This document shows, piece by piece, positions 44,899 through 58,756 of a stretch of DNA of 64,000 nt. The notes below the pieces were generated by a model. It did not search any database and was not told the DNA's origin. It saw only the letters and a list, made by a program, of their open reading frames with translations. Numbering within the stretch: position 1 is the stretch's first letter; the number at the start of each line of letters is the position of its first letter. Origin of the DNA: Piromyces finnis finn (lineage: Eukaryota; Fungi; Neocallimastigomycota); contig MCFH01000005.1 of assembly GCA_002104945.1 (NCBI GenBank), forward strand, positions 744,001 through 808,000, written 5' to 3'. The position numbers and the translations under genes were made by a program.

Positions 44899-46395
44899 TT
44901 TTAATTTATTGTTATTATAATATATGATGAATTTAAATATTAAAATTATATTATTTAATATTTAATATTGTTGAGATAATTTAATTTTCAAATATTTAAT
45001 ATATAATAAGGGTTTATTTAATAAGTTTAATATTCTTAATTATATTAAAAAATAGATTTAAGACATCTATAACTTAACAATAGATTTTTAGTTTTTAAAG
45101 CATATTTTTACATTTTTACTTAAAAATTTTTTAATTCTATTAATGCTTTTTTTCTTTTTATTTTATATAATTATAATGTCATGTGCTTTGTTATATTTAA
45201 GATTTTTCTTTAATTAAAAAAAAAAAAAAAACGGTAGAAAATAAAAATAAAATGATATACATTAAATATAATATATTTGAAAATGATATTTTTTTATATT
45301 AATTAAAGTTTCAAAGATGAATAAAAAATATATTAATTTCTATCAAAGTTGCCATATATGAATAAATATTAAACTTCAAAAATTAAAAAAATATTTTTTG
45401 AAACATTATTAAAGAATAATAATAATTAAAAAGAAGATATATTAATAGATATATATTAACAATCTACTTAAAAATGTATACAAAATTCTTGTATTGTTTT
45501 TTTTTTTTTTTCGAAAAAATATACAGAAAAATTATGTGATAAATATTGAATTTATTTTTTTTTTAAAAAAACAATTCTTATAGAATTAAAGTCTTTCCTT
45601 TTATCTTTGTTATATATCAAAAAAAAAAAAAAAAAAAGATTAATATCAGTATTTATTCATGAATAAAAACAAATTTCATTTATACGCAATATTTATACTG
45701 TTAATAGAATTATTACCATAAATATTAAACATTATTTAATTTGAATATTTTATTTCTTAATAACTTTTAGGAAAAAATATTAACACATATAATATAAATA
45801 TAAATAGTAATTATTTAATAAGTATAAAGATTTTGTTTCATATGTTTAATACTGATGCTTATTAATTTTGATAAATTTCTTTACAAGTTTTTTTTAGTAT
45901 ATGAATGATATCATTTCTACATCTAGAAGATTTTTGATTAATTTCTTTTAATAATTTCATATTTTCAGATGAATAAAAATACAATTCATTTTTTTTTTTT
46001 TTTAAATTCTAACGTTTTTAAAATACTTTTATTATTTTTTTATTGGATATATATATTATTTTTTTTTTTTGATATTAAAAACTCAAATGAATTTTATTAT
46101 ACTAATTGCTAAAACATTAATATCAATTATATAATTACAGTTTATATAATTTAAAATTTAAATTTAAATGAAGGTTAATAATACAAATAAAATAAAATAT
46201 ATATTAAAATTTTTGAAAAGAAGAAATAAATTATTATTATTATTATTATTATTATAAAAAAAATCCTTCAAAATATATTATTTTTCTATTTGCATATTAT
46301 TATATAAATTGTAATCAAACTAAAAGTTCTTTTTTCTATTATACTATCAAAATTATATAAATGATATAATAATATCATTATGTATATTCTATTTA

Positions 46396-47775
46396 TTAAT
46401 TGTTTTCGTTTCTTTTTGTAGTAAGTCTACGTTTAACTGAAGTGGCGCTTCTTGAAATATTTCTCTTAATATTTTCGTATTGTTTTGGGTTCTTTTTAAG
46501 AAAAGCAAATATAGCAACAGCGCCAACAACTGATCCCGAAACAGCTAATCCAGCAACAATAGTGGTATTATTGTTACCTTCATCTTCATTTTTAGTTTTA
46601 AATTGATCATTAATTTCTTTATCATTTGGAGCAATTTGTTTTACAGATGAATCGTTGCCATTAATATTATTGCTGTTAGTATTACTATTATCTGCAATAG
46701 TATTATTACCACTAATAATAGATGGATTTAATCCGGCATCATTAGAAGGTATTAAGGAAGTTGCAGTTGCATTAGCAGTAGTTGGCATTATTGGTTCTTC
46801 TGGAGTAATTGCCGAGGCAACATGACCACAAGATTTAATATCATATGAATTTGTATGTTGATATAACATTTTATCCTTAAAAACATTAGTAAATGGCATA
46901 TCCTTTTGGAATTCGCAAACCTTTGGAGCATAACTTAAACTATAATTAATAGCAAATACTGGCTTTCCGGTTTTAATGAAATTTTTATAGTATTGACATT
47001 CACTTTTTCTTGCACAATCTTCAGAAATACCAAAATCAAAATACTTACCAACATTATCTACAATATCAAAACAATTCTTTAATCCAACTGCAATTCCCAT
47101 ACTATGAGCGGTATTACCAACCCAAGTAGCAAATGTAATAGCTTCTTCCTTTGTAAGTGGGTTAGACCATTCATTCTTAACTGGACGAGCTTGATATAAA
47201 TCAAGATTATCTACATCAATAGCATCACATCCCATATTAATAGCTTTTTGCATACGGGCCTTTATTATTGGTTTTAAAGAATCCTTACGTACATCAACAA
47301 AACGTTCACCATCCCATTCTGGATATTTATTTTTAACTAAACCTTCATGCTTAAAATATTCTTTGTAATCATCACGAAAATCTTCTGCTGTTCCACCAGA
47401 GAAGTAACAAATAACTTTCTTTCCTAATTTGTGGAATTCTTTAAGATGATCTTCATGAATAATATCAATTTCAACAATATCAGCTTTTTCGCTATGGCTA
47501 TTAAATTAAATTTTCAGAATATTTTATTATATATAAATGAAATATTAATAATATTCTTTTCTTTTCTTTTTTTTTAAAAAAAAAGTCTTTTAATTAAATA
47601 AGCAATTATTTAGTAATTTAAGCTATTTAATTTTTTTAAATAATTCTTTTTATTCTTACAAATCTGGATGTCCTTCATATAACATGATATTATAAGTTTG
47701 ACTTTGATTTGGCTTCCAATAAGCTTTAGCGCTTCCTAGCAATAAAGAAGCAGCAGCAAAAGTTAAATATCTCAT
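46396..47775 (-). CDS. GH114 copy c (divergent): signal peptide, catalytic domain, short stalk, TM, basic tail
   Basis: MRYLTFAAASLLLGSAKA-YWKP; VICYFSGGTAE, ERFVDVR, GCDAIDVDNLDLY, FDFGISEDC; TM IVAGLAVSGSVVGAVAIFAFL then KKNPKQY. Confidence 0.88.
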
Positions 47776-47976
47776 CTTAAATTTATATTTTATTTTTTGT
47801 TTTTAATTATTTTTCTTTATTTTATTTAATTATAGCTTTAATATTTTTTATTTATATATTTTTTATTTATTAATTTATTTTAATTTTTTTATTTAAATTT
47901 ATAATGTAGGTTCAAACAAAGTATATTTATACAAAAATTTTTATTTTATTATAAAACCAATGTATCACAAAAAATC

Positions 47977-47985
47977 AGCCAATTA
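47977..47985. promoter_or_regulatory. CCAAT box upstream of GH114 copy c
   Basis: AGCCAATTA about 200 bp upstream of the ATG, with a second CCAAT at 47957-47961. Confidence 0.3.
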
Positions 47986-49415
47986 TTTAAAGATATTATA
48001 AAAATTTTATATGAATTGTTGCGATAAAATATACATAAATTATCATGATAATTATTCTATTCTAATTAGATATAGAAATAGAAAGGATTAAATATTTCAA
48101 TTATAATCTATTAATTTACAATAATAATTAAAGTTTAATGATGAATTTAGAATCATTTTATTATTTATCTTTAAATAATACTTTTTTTAATGTAAAGCTC
48201 AATTATATATTATAATGTAATCCAATGTTAGAAAAAAAAACTTTTATTTACCAACCTTTTTTGAAAAAAACTTCACCAATTCTAAATTATGATAATATTT
48301 TATGCATATTAAAGTTAAAAAACTTTAATTAATAATAAAATACATTTTATTGTTTTTTTTTAAAAAAAAAATTTTATATGATGAATTATCATTTATATTA
48401 AATGGTATTTTAATTTTATTAGTAATAATTATGTTAATAATAACAATATATATAATATATTATTATATATTATATATAATATTTTAGTAAAAAAAAAAAG
48501 GGGGATGATCAATATATTATTAATTAAATGATATACAATATTGATAAATATGTATCAATTAATATCGTAATGTAATAATAATATAAATTGCTTATAATTT
48601 TCATTTATCACTTTTTTTGTTAATGACTTATAAAAGAGTCATCTATAATACCATTTTTAAAACTTTTTATTATTTAAATTTCCATAATCCATTGATAGTA
48701 TTGAAAAAAAAAAAACTTTCAATACTATCTTTTATCAAACATTTCTTTTTATTCAAAAATAAATAAATAAAAAAAAGCAATATTTTATATATTTTATTTT
48801 ATTTACTATTTATTTTATTAGTAATTTTTATTAATTATTAATATACACAATTTAATTTGTATAAGTGATACCAAAAAATTATTATTATATATTGTTGCTA
48901 TTTTTTTTTTTTTTACATTAAATATAGCAATTAAATTATATTATATTTTATATTAAATATATGATTATAACATATTTTAGTTCTAAAATATTTTTTTAAA
49001 AACTAATTTTTTCTTTTATTTTTATATTAACATTAATAATAAAATTATTATGGAGTTTTTTTTTTACAACTATACAGTCATACTTTAATTACAGTAATAA
49101 TAATAATTTTTTAACTATTATTATTATTATAAATCTTAGCATTTGACTATATAATATTATTTAATTATATTATTTAATTTAAATAATAATATAGATGAAA
49201 TGAATATTTATAATATTAAATACCTATCTCCTTAGGACTTCTATTACTCTATTATACTATATTAAAAAAAATATAAAATTAATCAAATAAAAAATTCGAT
49301 TTTAAGTAAATTAATCAAAATATTTATCCTTTTTATGTTATACTTTAATAATACATTAAAGAATAGAACTAAAAAGATTAGATATTGTTAGTTGCAATTA
49401 CAGACATCAACAAAA

Positions 49416-51049
49416 TTAGTTTCTGCCTTTTGTTGTAACTCTTCTAGAGATAGTAGAAGCACCACGCTTAATTGAAGTAGCACTTCTAGAAAGACCTCTT
49501 TTAATGCCTTCAAACTTTTTTGGGTTCTTCTTAAGGAAAGCGAAGACGGCAGCAGCACCAAGAACAGAACCAGTAATAGCAACACCAGTAGTAACAGTTG
49601 ATGAATTATCATCATCAGGGTTAGCTTTATCGAGAGTTGGTGATACAATACTAGTATTATTTCCTTCTTTAATAACTGGTTTGGATTCAGCTGGATTACT
49701 TGGATTAACAGCTGGTTTAGATCCAGTTGGATTGCCTGGAGTTACAACTGGATTGGATCCAGTTGGATTAATTGGATTAGCAGTTGGTTTGGATTCAACT
49801 GGGTTAATTGGAACAACTACTGGTTTAGATCCAGTTGGGTTACTTGAAGTAACGACTGGCTTTGAAACTACTGGAGTATTTGCTGGTTTAACTTCAAATG
49901 GTTTTGGAATTCCAGTTGGAGTAACCTTTGTTGATCTATTAATAGTAGTGATCTTCTTAGCAGCAACTGGTGCAACAGTAGTAGTCTTCTTGATTGTTGT
50001 GGTCTTTTTGACAGTAGTGGTCTTCTTTGGTTCATCATTTCTAGATGGAGAACCTACTTTACCTGATTGGAAACTTGAACCACAATGCTTTTTACCATCA
50101 AAAATAATTGATTTTTGAACTAATTCTTCACCGTCCTTAATAATCATACTAATTGGAAGACCATTTAAGTTTTTACATAAAGCATCTCTATTAGAGGAAA
50201 GACCATGATAAGTAATACCTAAAACTGGCTTACCAGTAGAAAGGAAATTCTTATACCAGTGGCATTCATTACGACGAGCACAACCTTCGTTAACTGCAAA
50301 ATCATAATATTTACCAACTGTATCAACAATATCAAGACAATTTTTTAAACCGATTGCTATTCCCATATCATGAGCGGTTTGACCTAACCAAGAAGTGAAT
50401 TTAATAGCATCTTGCTTTGTAAGAGGATCAGACCAATTATTTTTAACATCTCCAACTTGATAACCATCAACATTATCAACATCAATACCATCACAATGCT
50501 TAGAAACAGCTTCAGAAATACGTTGTTTAATAAGAGACTTGTATCCACTAACACGATAATCAAGCCATCTTTCTCTTGGCCAAGCAGAATATTTATTTCT
50601 AACTAAACCATCAACCTTTGTATATTGATTAAAATAGCTACGATAATCTTCAACTGTACCACCAGAGAAATAACAAATAACCTTTTTTCCACGTTTATGA
50701 AAATCTTGGATTTTTGAAGAAGAAGTATTTTCTAAATCAACTTCTAAAACATCAGCTGATTCTCTTGAACTTTATGTAAAATGTTATAAATAATATGTTA
50801 AATTTAAATTTAAAAATCAAAATTATGTGTAATATATTTATATTAATTACAAGTAAATTATTTAAAATTTCTAATTAAATTTATTTAATATTTATCCTCA
50901 ATTATACATTACACTTTTTTTTTTACTTACATATCAAAACCAGAACCTAGGGCAATGTTCCAAGTTTCATGTTGATTTGGAACCCATCTAGCTTCAACAT
51001 GACTAGTAATTAATAAAGCAAGAGTTGCAACAGATAATAAATATTTCAT
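49416..51049 (-). CDS. GH114 copy d: signal peptide, catalytic domain, Thr/Lys then Pro-rich stalk, TM, basic tail
   Basis: MKYLLSVATLALLITSHVEA-RWVP; VICYFSGGTVE, ERWLDYR, CDGIDVDNVDGY, FAVNEGC; NPTGSKPVV repeats; TM VTTGVAITGSVLGAAAVFAFL then KKNPKKF. Confidence 0.9.
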
Positions 51050-51357
51050 TTTATTTTTTATTTATTTTATTCTATATTATTTTAATTTTTTATCTATTTA
51101 AATTTTTATTTTAGTTTTTATATTATATTATTTATATTTATTTTAATTTATTTATTTTTATTTTTTTTTTTTTTTTTTTCAATTTTTTTTTTATTTTTTG
51201 GTATTTCAACCCAAAAATGAACTAATTATTGCATTTATATGAAAAAAAAATATGCCAATTTCATCTTTTTAAAAATTCTACATTTAATAAGAACCTTCCA
51301 TATTCCAACTAAAAAAATAAAAACCTTATTTTTTAAAAAATTTTAAATTGTAATTGT

Positions 51358-51366
51358 GGCCAATGA
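51358..51366. promoter_or_regulatory. CCAAT box upstream of GH114 copy d
   Basis: GGCCAATGA about 310 bp upstream of the ATG. Confidence 0.3.
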
Positions 51367-52723
51367 TTTTCAAGTATATTAAATTTAACATATTGATTTA
51401 TTGTAATACAAAAATATATAAATTTAATATACCTAAATCATATAATCAAAGTATAATTGTATAATTATAATTAGGTTTAATGTTAACAACCATTTTTTAA
51501 AAAAAAAAAGAAAAGAGAAAAAAAAAATTAAAAATGAAATTTAATTTTAAATTAAAAGAAAAACTAAATTTTCTAATAAAAACTTATTTGTAAACTCTTA
51601 TATTTTATTATCACCACAATTTAAACACTTTTAGGTTTTATGTGTATGAATGAATAAATGGAACTTTTCTAATATTCATTTAAAAATGTATAACCATTAT
51701 AAAATAAGAGCTATACTTCATATTAATTATTTTATAATTATTAAAGTTTATAAACTAAAATTAATTAAACTAGATTTTTTAATATTCTTATTAATAAAAT
51801 ATTTTTTAAATTAATACTAACCAATAATATTATTTTATAAATGATAATATTAAAAAAAAATATTATTTGAGTATATTATAATATATATTATAAGAGTAAA
51901 AAAATAAATAATAAAAAATTGCTTCAAATTTGTACTTAAAGATGAAAATAGGGCTATAGTAAATAAATAAATAAAATAAATAAATAATACCCCTTTATAT
52001 AGTATAAAGGGAAAGAGTAATAATATTATAATATTTAATAATTTCTTTATATCAACAATTGGTAATATAAAATCTACTTAATTCTTATATTAATTATAAA
52101 TATTAAAAAAAAAGTCTTTATCAATATTAATGTTTCTACTTGAATTATATATTTCATTTTAATTTAAATATTTAAAACCAATATGTACATATAAGTATAA
52201 TAATATATAAATAGTTCTTTATATAATATTTATTAATTATATAGTTATATATATTATTTTAGTCATTTTTTAAGATTTCAAACAATTAAATTAAAACAAA
52301 TTTTTTAAATCTAGAACATAAAACGAATAATTTGTGTTTTGTGGACATTCAAATTGAATAATCATGAATTTAATTCACTTTAAAAGACCATAAAAATTGT
52401 TTATTTAGACTAGATAATATAACTGTATTTTTATTATTATTTTTTTTTTATTATTATTTATTATTTATTATTATGTTTACTTGGTTCAAAAAGTTTTAAA
52501 ACTTATTTCATATAAATTATAAAAATTATTTTACATATATTAAAAAATTCTTTTAGATTTAAATACATATAAGATTTACAGTTATATAAAGAGAAAAATT
52601 AATTATAGAGTATATATTATGTATGTGTAATGTGGCAATGTATTAAAACTATATGTGGAAAATTAATATTAAAAAAATTATATTACTTTTATAAATATAA
52701 ATTAAACTTTAATAAAAAAAAAT

Positions 52724-54576
52724 CTAGTAATTTAATGTTTTTGAAAAGGTATATCTATAGGTACTAAATGGATTATCAACAAGATCATAATCTACATCTA
52801 CATTTGTATTTGAATTACTAGCAACAGCCTTGGTTTTCTTCTTTTTAGTGGTGAGTTTTCGAGTAACAGTACTTGCACTACGTTTAACTGAAGAAGCACT
52901 CCTTGAAATATTATTTTTAACAGTACACGCGCCCTTGGATATATTTTGCTTAAGTTGTTCATACTGTCTTGGGTTTTTCTTTTTGAAAACAATAAGTGCT
53001 GCTGCACCAACAACGGATCCAGTGACTGCAACACCAGTAGCAAGACCTTTATGTCCTTTATTTTCATTATTTTCAAGATTGCTAGAAAGTTCTTTACTAT
53101 TTTGATTTTTATCTTTATTTTTATTGCCATCTTCTATTGGAACATCAACGGCGGTAATATTTCCATTAATAATTGGTATTTCTAAACCTCCAGTAGCATT
53201 ACTTGTTGGATTATTTTTATTATTTCCCTTTGATTGAGAAGTCTGTTTATCATTTATCGTTGTTCCTTTATTAGATGATGGATTTGAAGATCCTGATGAT
53301 GAGCTTGATGATCCTGATGATCCTGATGATGATCCTGATGAATTTGACGAACCTGAAGAATTTGATGAACTTGAAGAACTTGACGAACCTGAAGAATTCG
53401 ATGAACTTGAAGAACTTGATGACCCTGAAGAATTCGACGAACTTGAAGAACTTGATGACCCTGATGAGGATGATGATTCTGAAGAAGGAAGACTAACACG
53501 ACCTATTTATATGGAAAATTAATAAATATATATTATATATTGCAATAAAAAATATAAGATATTTTAAATTTCATTTTATTTCATTAGTTTTAGATAGGAT
53601 AAATATTTATTTAAAGTTATATAATATAAATGATTAATATTAACTGCTTACCTGAATTAAAACTTGAACCGCAATGCTTTTTACCATCAAATACTACAGA
53701 ACTCTGTTCTAATTTAGTACTTTCCTTAATAATCATAGAAATAGGAAGACCATTTAAATTTCTACATAAAGCTTCTCTATTAGCAGATAAACCATTGTAA
53801 GTAATACCTAAGACAGGTTTACCAGTACTTAAAAAGTTTTTATAATAATGGCATTCATCACGACGTGCACAGCCTTCATTTACTGCAAAATCATAATATG
53901 ATCCAACAGTATCAACAATATCAAGACAATTTTTTAAACCAATAGATAGACCGTATGAATGAGCTGTTTCACCTAACCATTTTGTAAATGTAATTGCATC
54001 TTCTTTTGTGAGAGGTTTAGACCAACTTTTAACATCTCTAATTTGATAGCCATCAACATTATCAACATCAATTGCATCACATTTTTTTGTAACAGCTAAT
54101 TGCATACGAGCTTTAATTAATGGCTTTATACCATCTACACGGTAATCAAGCCATCTTTCATCTGGCCAATCTGAATATACATTTCTTACTAAACCACTAA
54201 CAGCAGTATATTTATCATAATCATCACGATATTCTTCTATTGTACCACCAGAGAAATAACATATAACTTTTTTACCTACACTGTGATAGGTATCTATTAA
54301 TGATGAACTTTTTTCTAAATCAATCTCAAGAATTTCTGCATTTTCTTTAGAACTATATTTTTTGTTAATATTAATTTAGATAAATATTAATTATCTTTAA
54401 AAATTAATAATATATATATTTATATTGTTGTTTAATTTATGATTAATAACATACATATCAACAGCAGAACCTAATGCAATGTTCCAAGACATATATTGAG
54501 TTGGTTTCCATCTTGCTTTAACATTTATTATGTATAATAATGATACAAAAATTGGAATCGATAATTTAAAAATCAT
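52724..54576 (-). CDS. GH114 copy e: signal peptide, catalytic domain, poly-Ser stalk, TM, long cytoplasmic tail
   Basis: MIFKLSIPIFVSLLYIINVKA-RWKP; VICYFSGGTIE, ERWLDYR, CDAIDVDNVDGY, FAVNEGC; second intron 53503-53651; TM LATGVAVTGSVVGAAALIVF; tail ends DNPFSTYRYTFSKTLNY* at 52724. The last exon is not reported in the correct frame by the ORF track. Confidence 0.88.
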
Positions 54577-55156
54577 GAATGAAATATAATTTATTATTGA
54601 GTATATTTTTGTTCCTTTTTTTTTTTTTTTTTTTTTTTTTTGCTGATATATAAAATGCCTTTTATAATTAAATATATAAAAAATTGCTTTATTGAATAAT
54701 TTATATTTTATATAGCTCTTTATGATTTATATAGTTTTTATTTTTGATATGCCTTAAAAAATACATAAATCAATAAGAAACGAAGATGATGTCTATTAAA
54801 CTCAAATATTTGTTATATATTATTAATTATCATTTAATTTAAAGTATAATGTATAATAATTATAATTGCATTATTTTGAAATTGGTTAATTTACAATAAA
54901 TTTATATTTATTTATTTATTTATTTTCAATTTTTATTTAAATTATAAGGTTTATTTTGCAAAATCATTTATAAACTAATTTACACAAAATATACAAAGTT
55001 AAAATAAAAATAAAATACAAAGAATAAAAAATAAAAAAATAAAAAAATAAAAATAAAAATAAAAAAAAAAAAAAAAGCTACTTTTAATATAAAATAAGGC
55101 GTTTTTAATTTATATAAATATTAAAACTATAAAGTGGTGTAACATATATTAATATT

Positions 55157-55165
55157 AGCCAATGA
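55157..55165. promoter_or_regulatory. CCAAT box upstream of GH114 copy e
   Basis: AGCCAATGA about 580 bp upstream of the ATG. Confidence 0.25.
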
Positions 55166-56407
55166 ATTTTTATTTAACTTTAATATAAATTTCCATTAAT
55201 TATAACATAAGGTTATAAAAATAAAAATAACTTTTTTTTTATTATTGATATATAATAATTAATTAATCTTATTTAAATTAAAAAAACGGCACATAATTAA
55301 AGACAGTATATAAATAATATTTTCTATAATGAAAAACTTAATTAATACTATTATTAAAATAGAATTGGAATAATTTAAATTTTATATTTATACAATGGAA
55401 AATATAATAAAAATAATATATTTTTTTATTTATATTTTAATCATTTTTAATATATAAATAATTGTATTTATAAATATTAATATTAAATAATACTAAAATT
55501 TTTCTATTTAATATTCACAGTAGTGTAAAAAAAAAATTAATTTATTTATGAATATATGTATATAATTATTATTGAATTTTCAAAATATTTTTATTAAAAA
55601 ATAATTCTTATACCTCTCCTTAATAAAGTAACGCCATTTAATAAACTTTTTTTTTTTTTTTTACTTTATGTAAAAAAATTTTATTTAATAATTTCATATT
55701 GCGTTTTTAAATTCTAACATTCTAAATTTATATAAAGATTTCTAAAGAAATTATATAAATAACATGTATAAAAAAAATATAAATATTCTAACTATTTTAT
55801 AAATAATAATAAAAAAAAAAAAAAGTAAACTATATATTTATAATATAAATAAATTATACTAATTGTTAATATATATTTTTAAATTTTGTAAACTATATAA
55901 ATGTTATATAAATGTTATATTATATTATTAATATATTTATGAAATGATTTATATAAATTATATTTATAAATAATTATGATTATACTAAATATTATAATTC
56001 ATTTTTTGATTTACGTTTAAGATTTAGATTAATGCGATTTGCATTTACGATTGTTATTTGTAATTTGATATTTAAACTATGTTAAATTTTTAAATTACTT
56101 TAATATTGTTTTGTATTTTGTTTTTTTGCTTTTTGCTTTTTTTTATCAATATTTTAATTTGATATTTTTATATATTTTTTATTTCAAAACTCTTTTAAAT
56201 TAATATTATTATTTCCTTTTTAAACGCTTTAATATTTTTAAAAATAATAATATTTTTTACTTTTATTATTTATTAAAAACTATAATAATTAAATAAGAGT
56301 TTTGCTTTATAAGTAATTATTAATTAATTAAATGCGTTTCTTTTTTTCAATATTTTGAAAGTATTTTAATTAGTTATCAGTTATAATGTTGCATAATTTT
56401 GAGTAAT

Positions 56408-58756
56408 CTAGACTCTGGAACGCTTAAAAGAGCTAGCTCTCATTGAAATACCTTTTTTGAATTGTTGATATCTCTTTGGATTTTTCATGAAAAGAGCAAA
56501 AACAGCAGCAGCACCTAAAACACTACCTGTAATAGCAAAACCAGTAGCTACAGCACCAGTGTTACTATCTCTGTTTTTGTTATCTTGTTCAGATGATCTA
56601 TCAATAGTACTAGCTTCACTATTAGAACTAGTAATATTGCTTTCTAATTCATCATCACTACTTACATCACCATCATCAGATGAACTATTATCAGTGATAT
56701 TGTTACTATAACTAGAGGTATTTCCATCAGTGGTAGTACTATTACCTTTAACAACAGAAGGAATGATAACATTATCATTATTAGCATTAGTGTTACCATT
56801 ATTTGTGTTGACATTATTGTTGGTGTTGGTATTGTCACTATTGGTGTTTGTATTACCATTGCTAGTGTTGGTGTTACTATTATTACTGTTATCACTTGTA
56901 TCCTTAATGATATCAGAAAGGAAAGAATTGACTCTATTGGTATCATCTTCATTATTACTTGAAAAAGATGCAGGTTCATTAATATTAATATCATCGTTAT
57001 TCATTAAAATAACAGGTGGTCGAGAAGTAGCATTAGCATTATTTGAGGTAGAAGTTGCAGTTTGAGAAGTAGCATTAGCATTATTTGAGGTAGGAGTTGC
57101 AGTTTGAGAAGTAGTATTAGCATTATTTGAGGTAGGAGTTGTAGTTTGAGAAGTTGCATTAGCGTTATTAGAGATAGAAGTTGTAGTTTGAGAAGTTGCA
57201 TTAGCGTTATTAGAGATAGAAGTTGCAGTTTGAGAAGTAGCATTAACGTTATTAGAGGTTGAGGCTACAGATTGAGAAGTGGTAACTGAAACTTGAGTAA
57301 TAGAGGAAGCTGGAGCTTGAGAAGCAGTAACTTGAGTAGTAACAGTTTGAGAAATAGCCTGAGAGGTTGCACCATTAGAAGTAGTAGTAACTTGATTAGT
57401 TGGAACAGCTCTATCAGTTGTACTAACATTGTTAATAGTTTTAGTTATTGGTTTTTCAACTACTACATTTGTAATTTGGATAGTGGTAGTAGTAGTTGGT
57501 TTAACAATAGTAGTAGTAGTAGTGGTAGTAGTGGTTGGTTTAGCAATAGTGGTAGTAGTGGTTGATTTAATAATAGTGGTAGTAGTGGTTGATTTAATAA
57601 TAGTGGTAGTAGTGGTTGGTTTAGCAATAGTAGTAGTAGTGGTTGGTTTAGTAATAGTAGTAGTAGTGGTTGATTTAACAATAGTTGGTGATGTTGAACC
57701 ATTAACAATACCACTATTGAAATTAGAACCACATTCTTTCTTTCCATCAAAGAAAATAACATCTTGAATTAAACTACTTCCTGGTTTAATAATCATAGTA
57801 ATTGGAAGACCATTTAAGTTTCTACATAAAGCTTCTCTATTTCCAGAAAGACCATTATAAGTAATACCGAAAACTGGTTTACCAGTAGCAAGGAAATTTT
57901 TATACCAGTAGCATTCATTACGTCTGATACAACCTTCATTAACACCAAAATCAAAATTTTTACCAACAATATCAATAATATCAAGACAATTTTTAATACC
58001 AATTGAAATACCCATTGAATGAGCAGTTTGTCCTAACCAAGTAACATAAGTAATTGCATCATCTTTAGTAAGAGGACTAGACCAAACGTTTTTGACATCC
58101 TTAACTTGATAACCATCAACGTTATCAACTTCAACAGCATCACATTTCTTATCAATAGCCTTCTTAATACGAGCCTTCATTAAAGGCTTGATTCCTGAAA
58201 CGCGATAATCAAGCCATCTTTCATTTGGCCAAGCTTCATAAATGTTTCTTACTAAGTTTGGAACTTCAGAAAATTGGTCATAATCATCACGACCTTTTTC
58301 AATAGTACCAGCAGAAAAATAACAAATAACTTTCTTTCCAGCATTATGATATTCTTTAATAGATTCTTCAGACTTATCAAGGTCTATTTCAATTATATCA
58401 GCCTTTTCTTTAGAGCTATAAAGTATCGATTATATATATTAATAAATTATTTTTTATATTCTAATTCATTACTATTATATTGAATATTTTATATAAAAAA
58501 ACAAAACTTTAAAATTTCAAAGGTAAATTGAAAATCCAAACTAATTTTAAAAAATAGTTTGATATCATTAAAAGTTATGCTCTTTCTTTTTTTTTTTTTT
58601 TATTTAAATATACATAATATATTTAAAATATGCTTACATATCAATAGGACTTCCAAAAATAATGTTATATTTTTGAGATTGTGTAGGCTGCCATCTAGCT
58701 TCAACATTACTTATTAATAATGAAACTAAAAAAGTAATTAGTAATATTAATTTCAT
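56408..58756 (-). CDS. GH114 copy f: signal peptide, catalytic domain, long Thr/Ser/Asn stalk, TM, basic tail
   Basis: MKLILLITFLVSLLISNVEA-RWQP; VICYFSAGTIE, ERWLDYR, CDAVEVDNVDGY, FGVNEGC; TTTTTI(A/I)K(P/S) and SQTATSTSNNANAT repeats; TM VATGFAITGSVLGAAAVFALFM then KNPKRY. Confidence 0.9.

Noticed and set aside
49388-49648. Alternative-frame ORF suggesting a frameshifted, longer tail for copy d
   Set aside because: The main frame ends cleanly at TTKGRN* like b, c and f, and the extra peptide does not match the e/g terminal motif.
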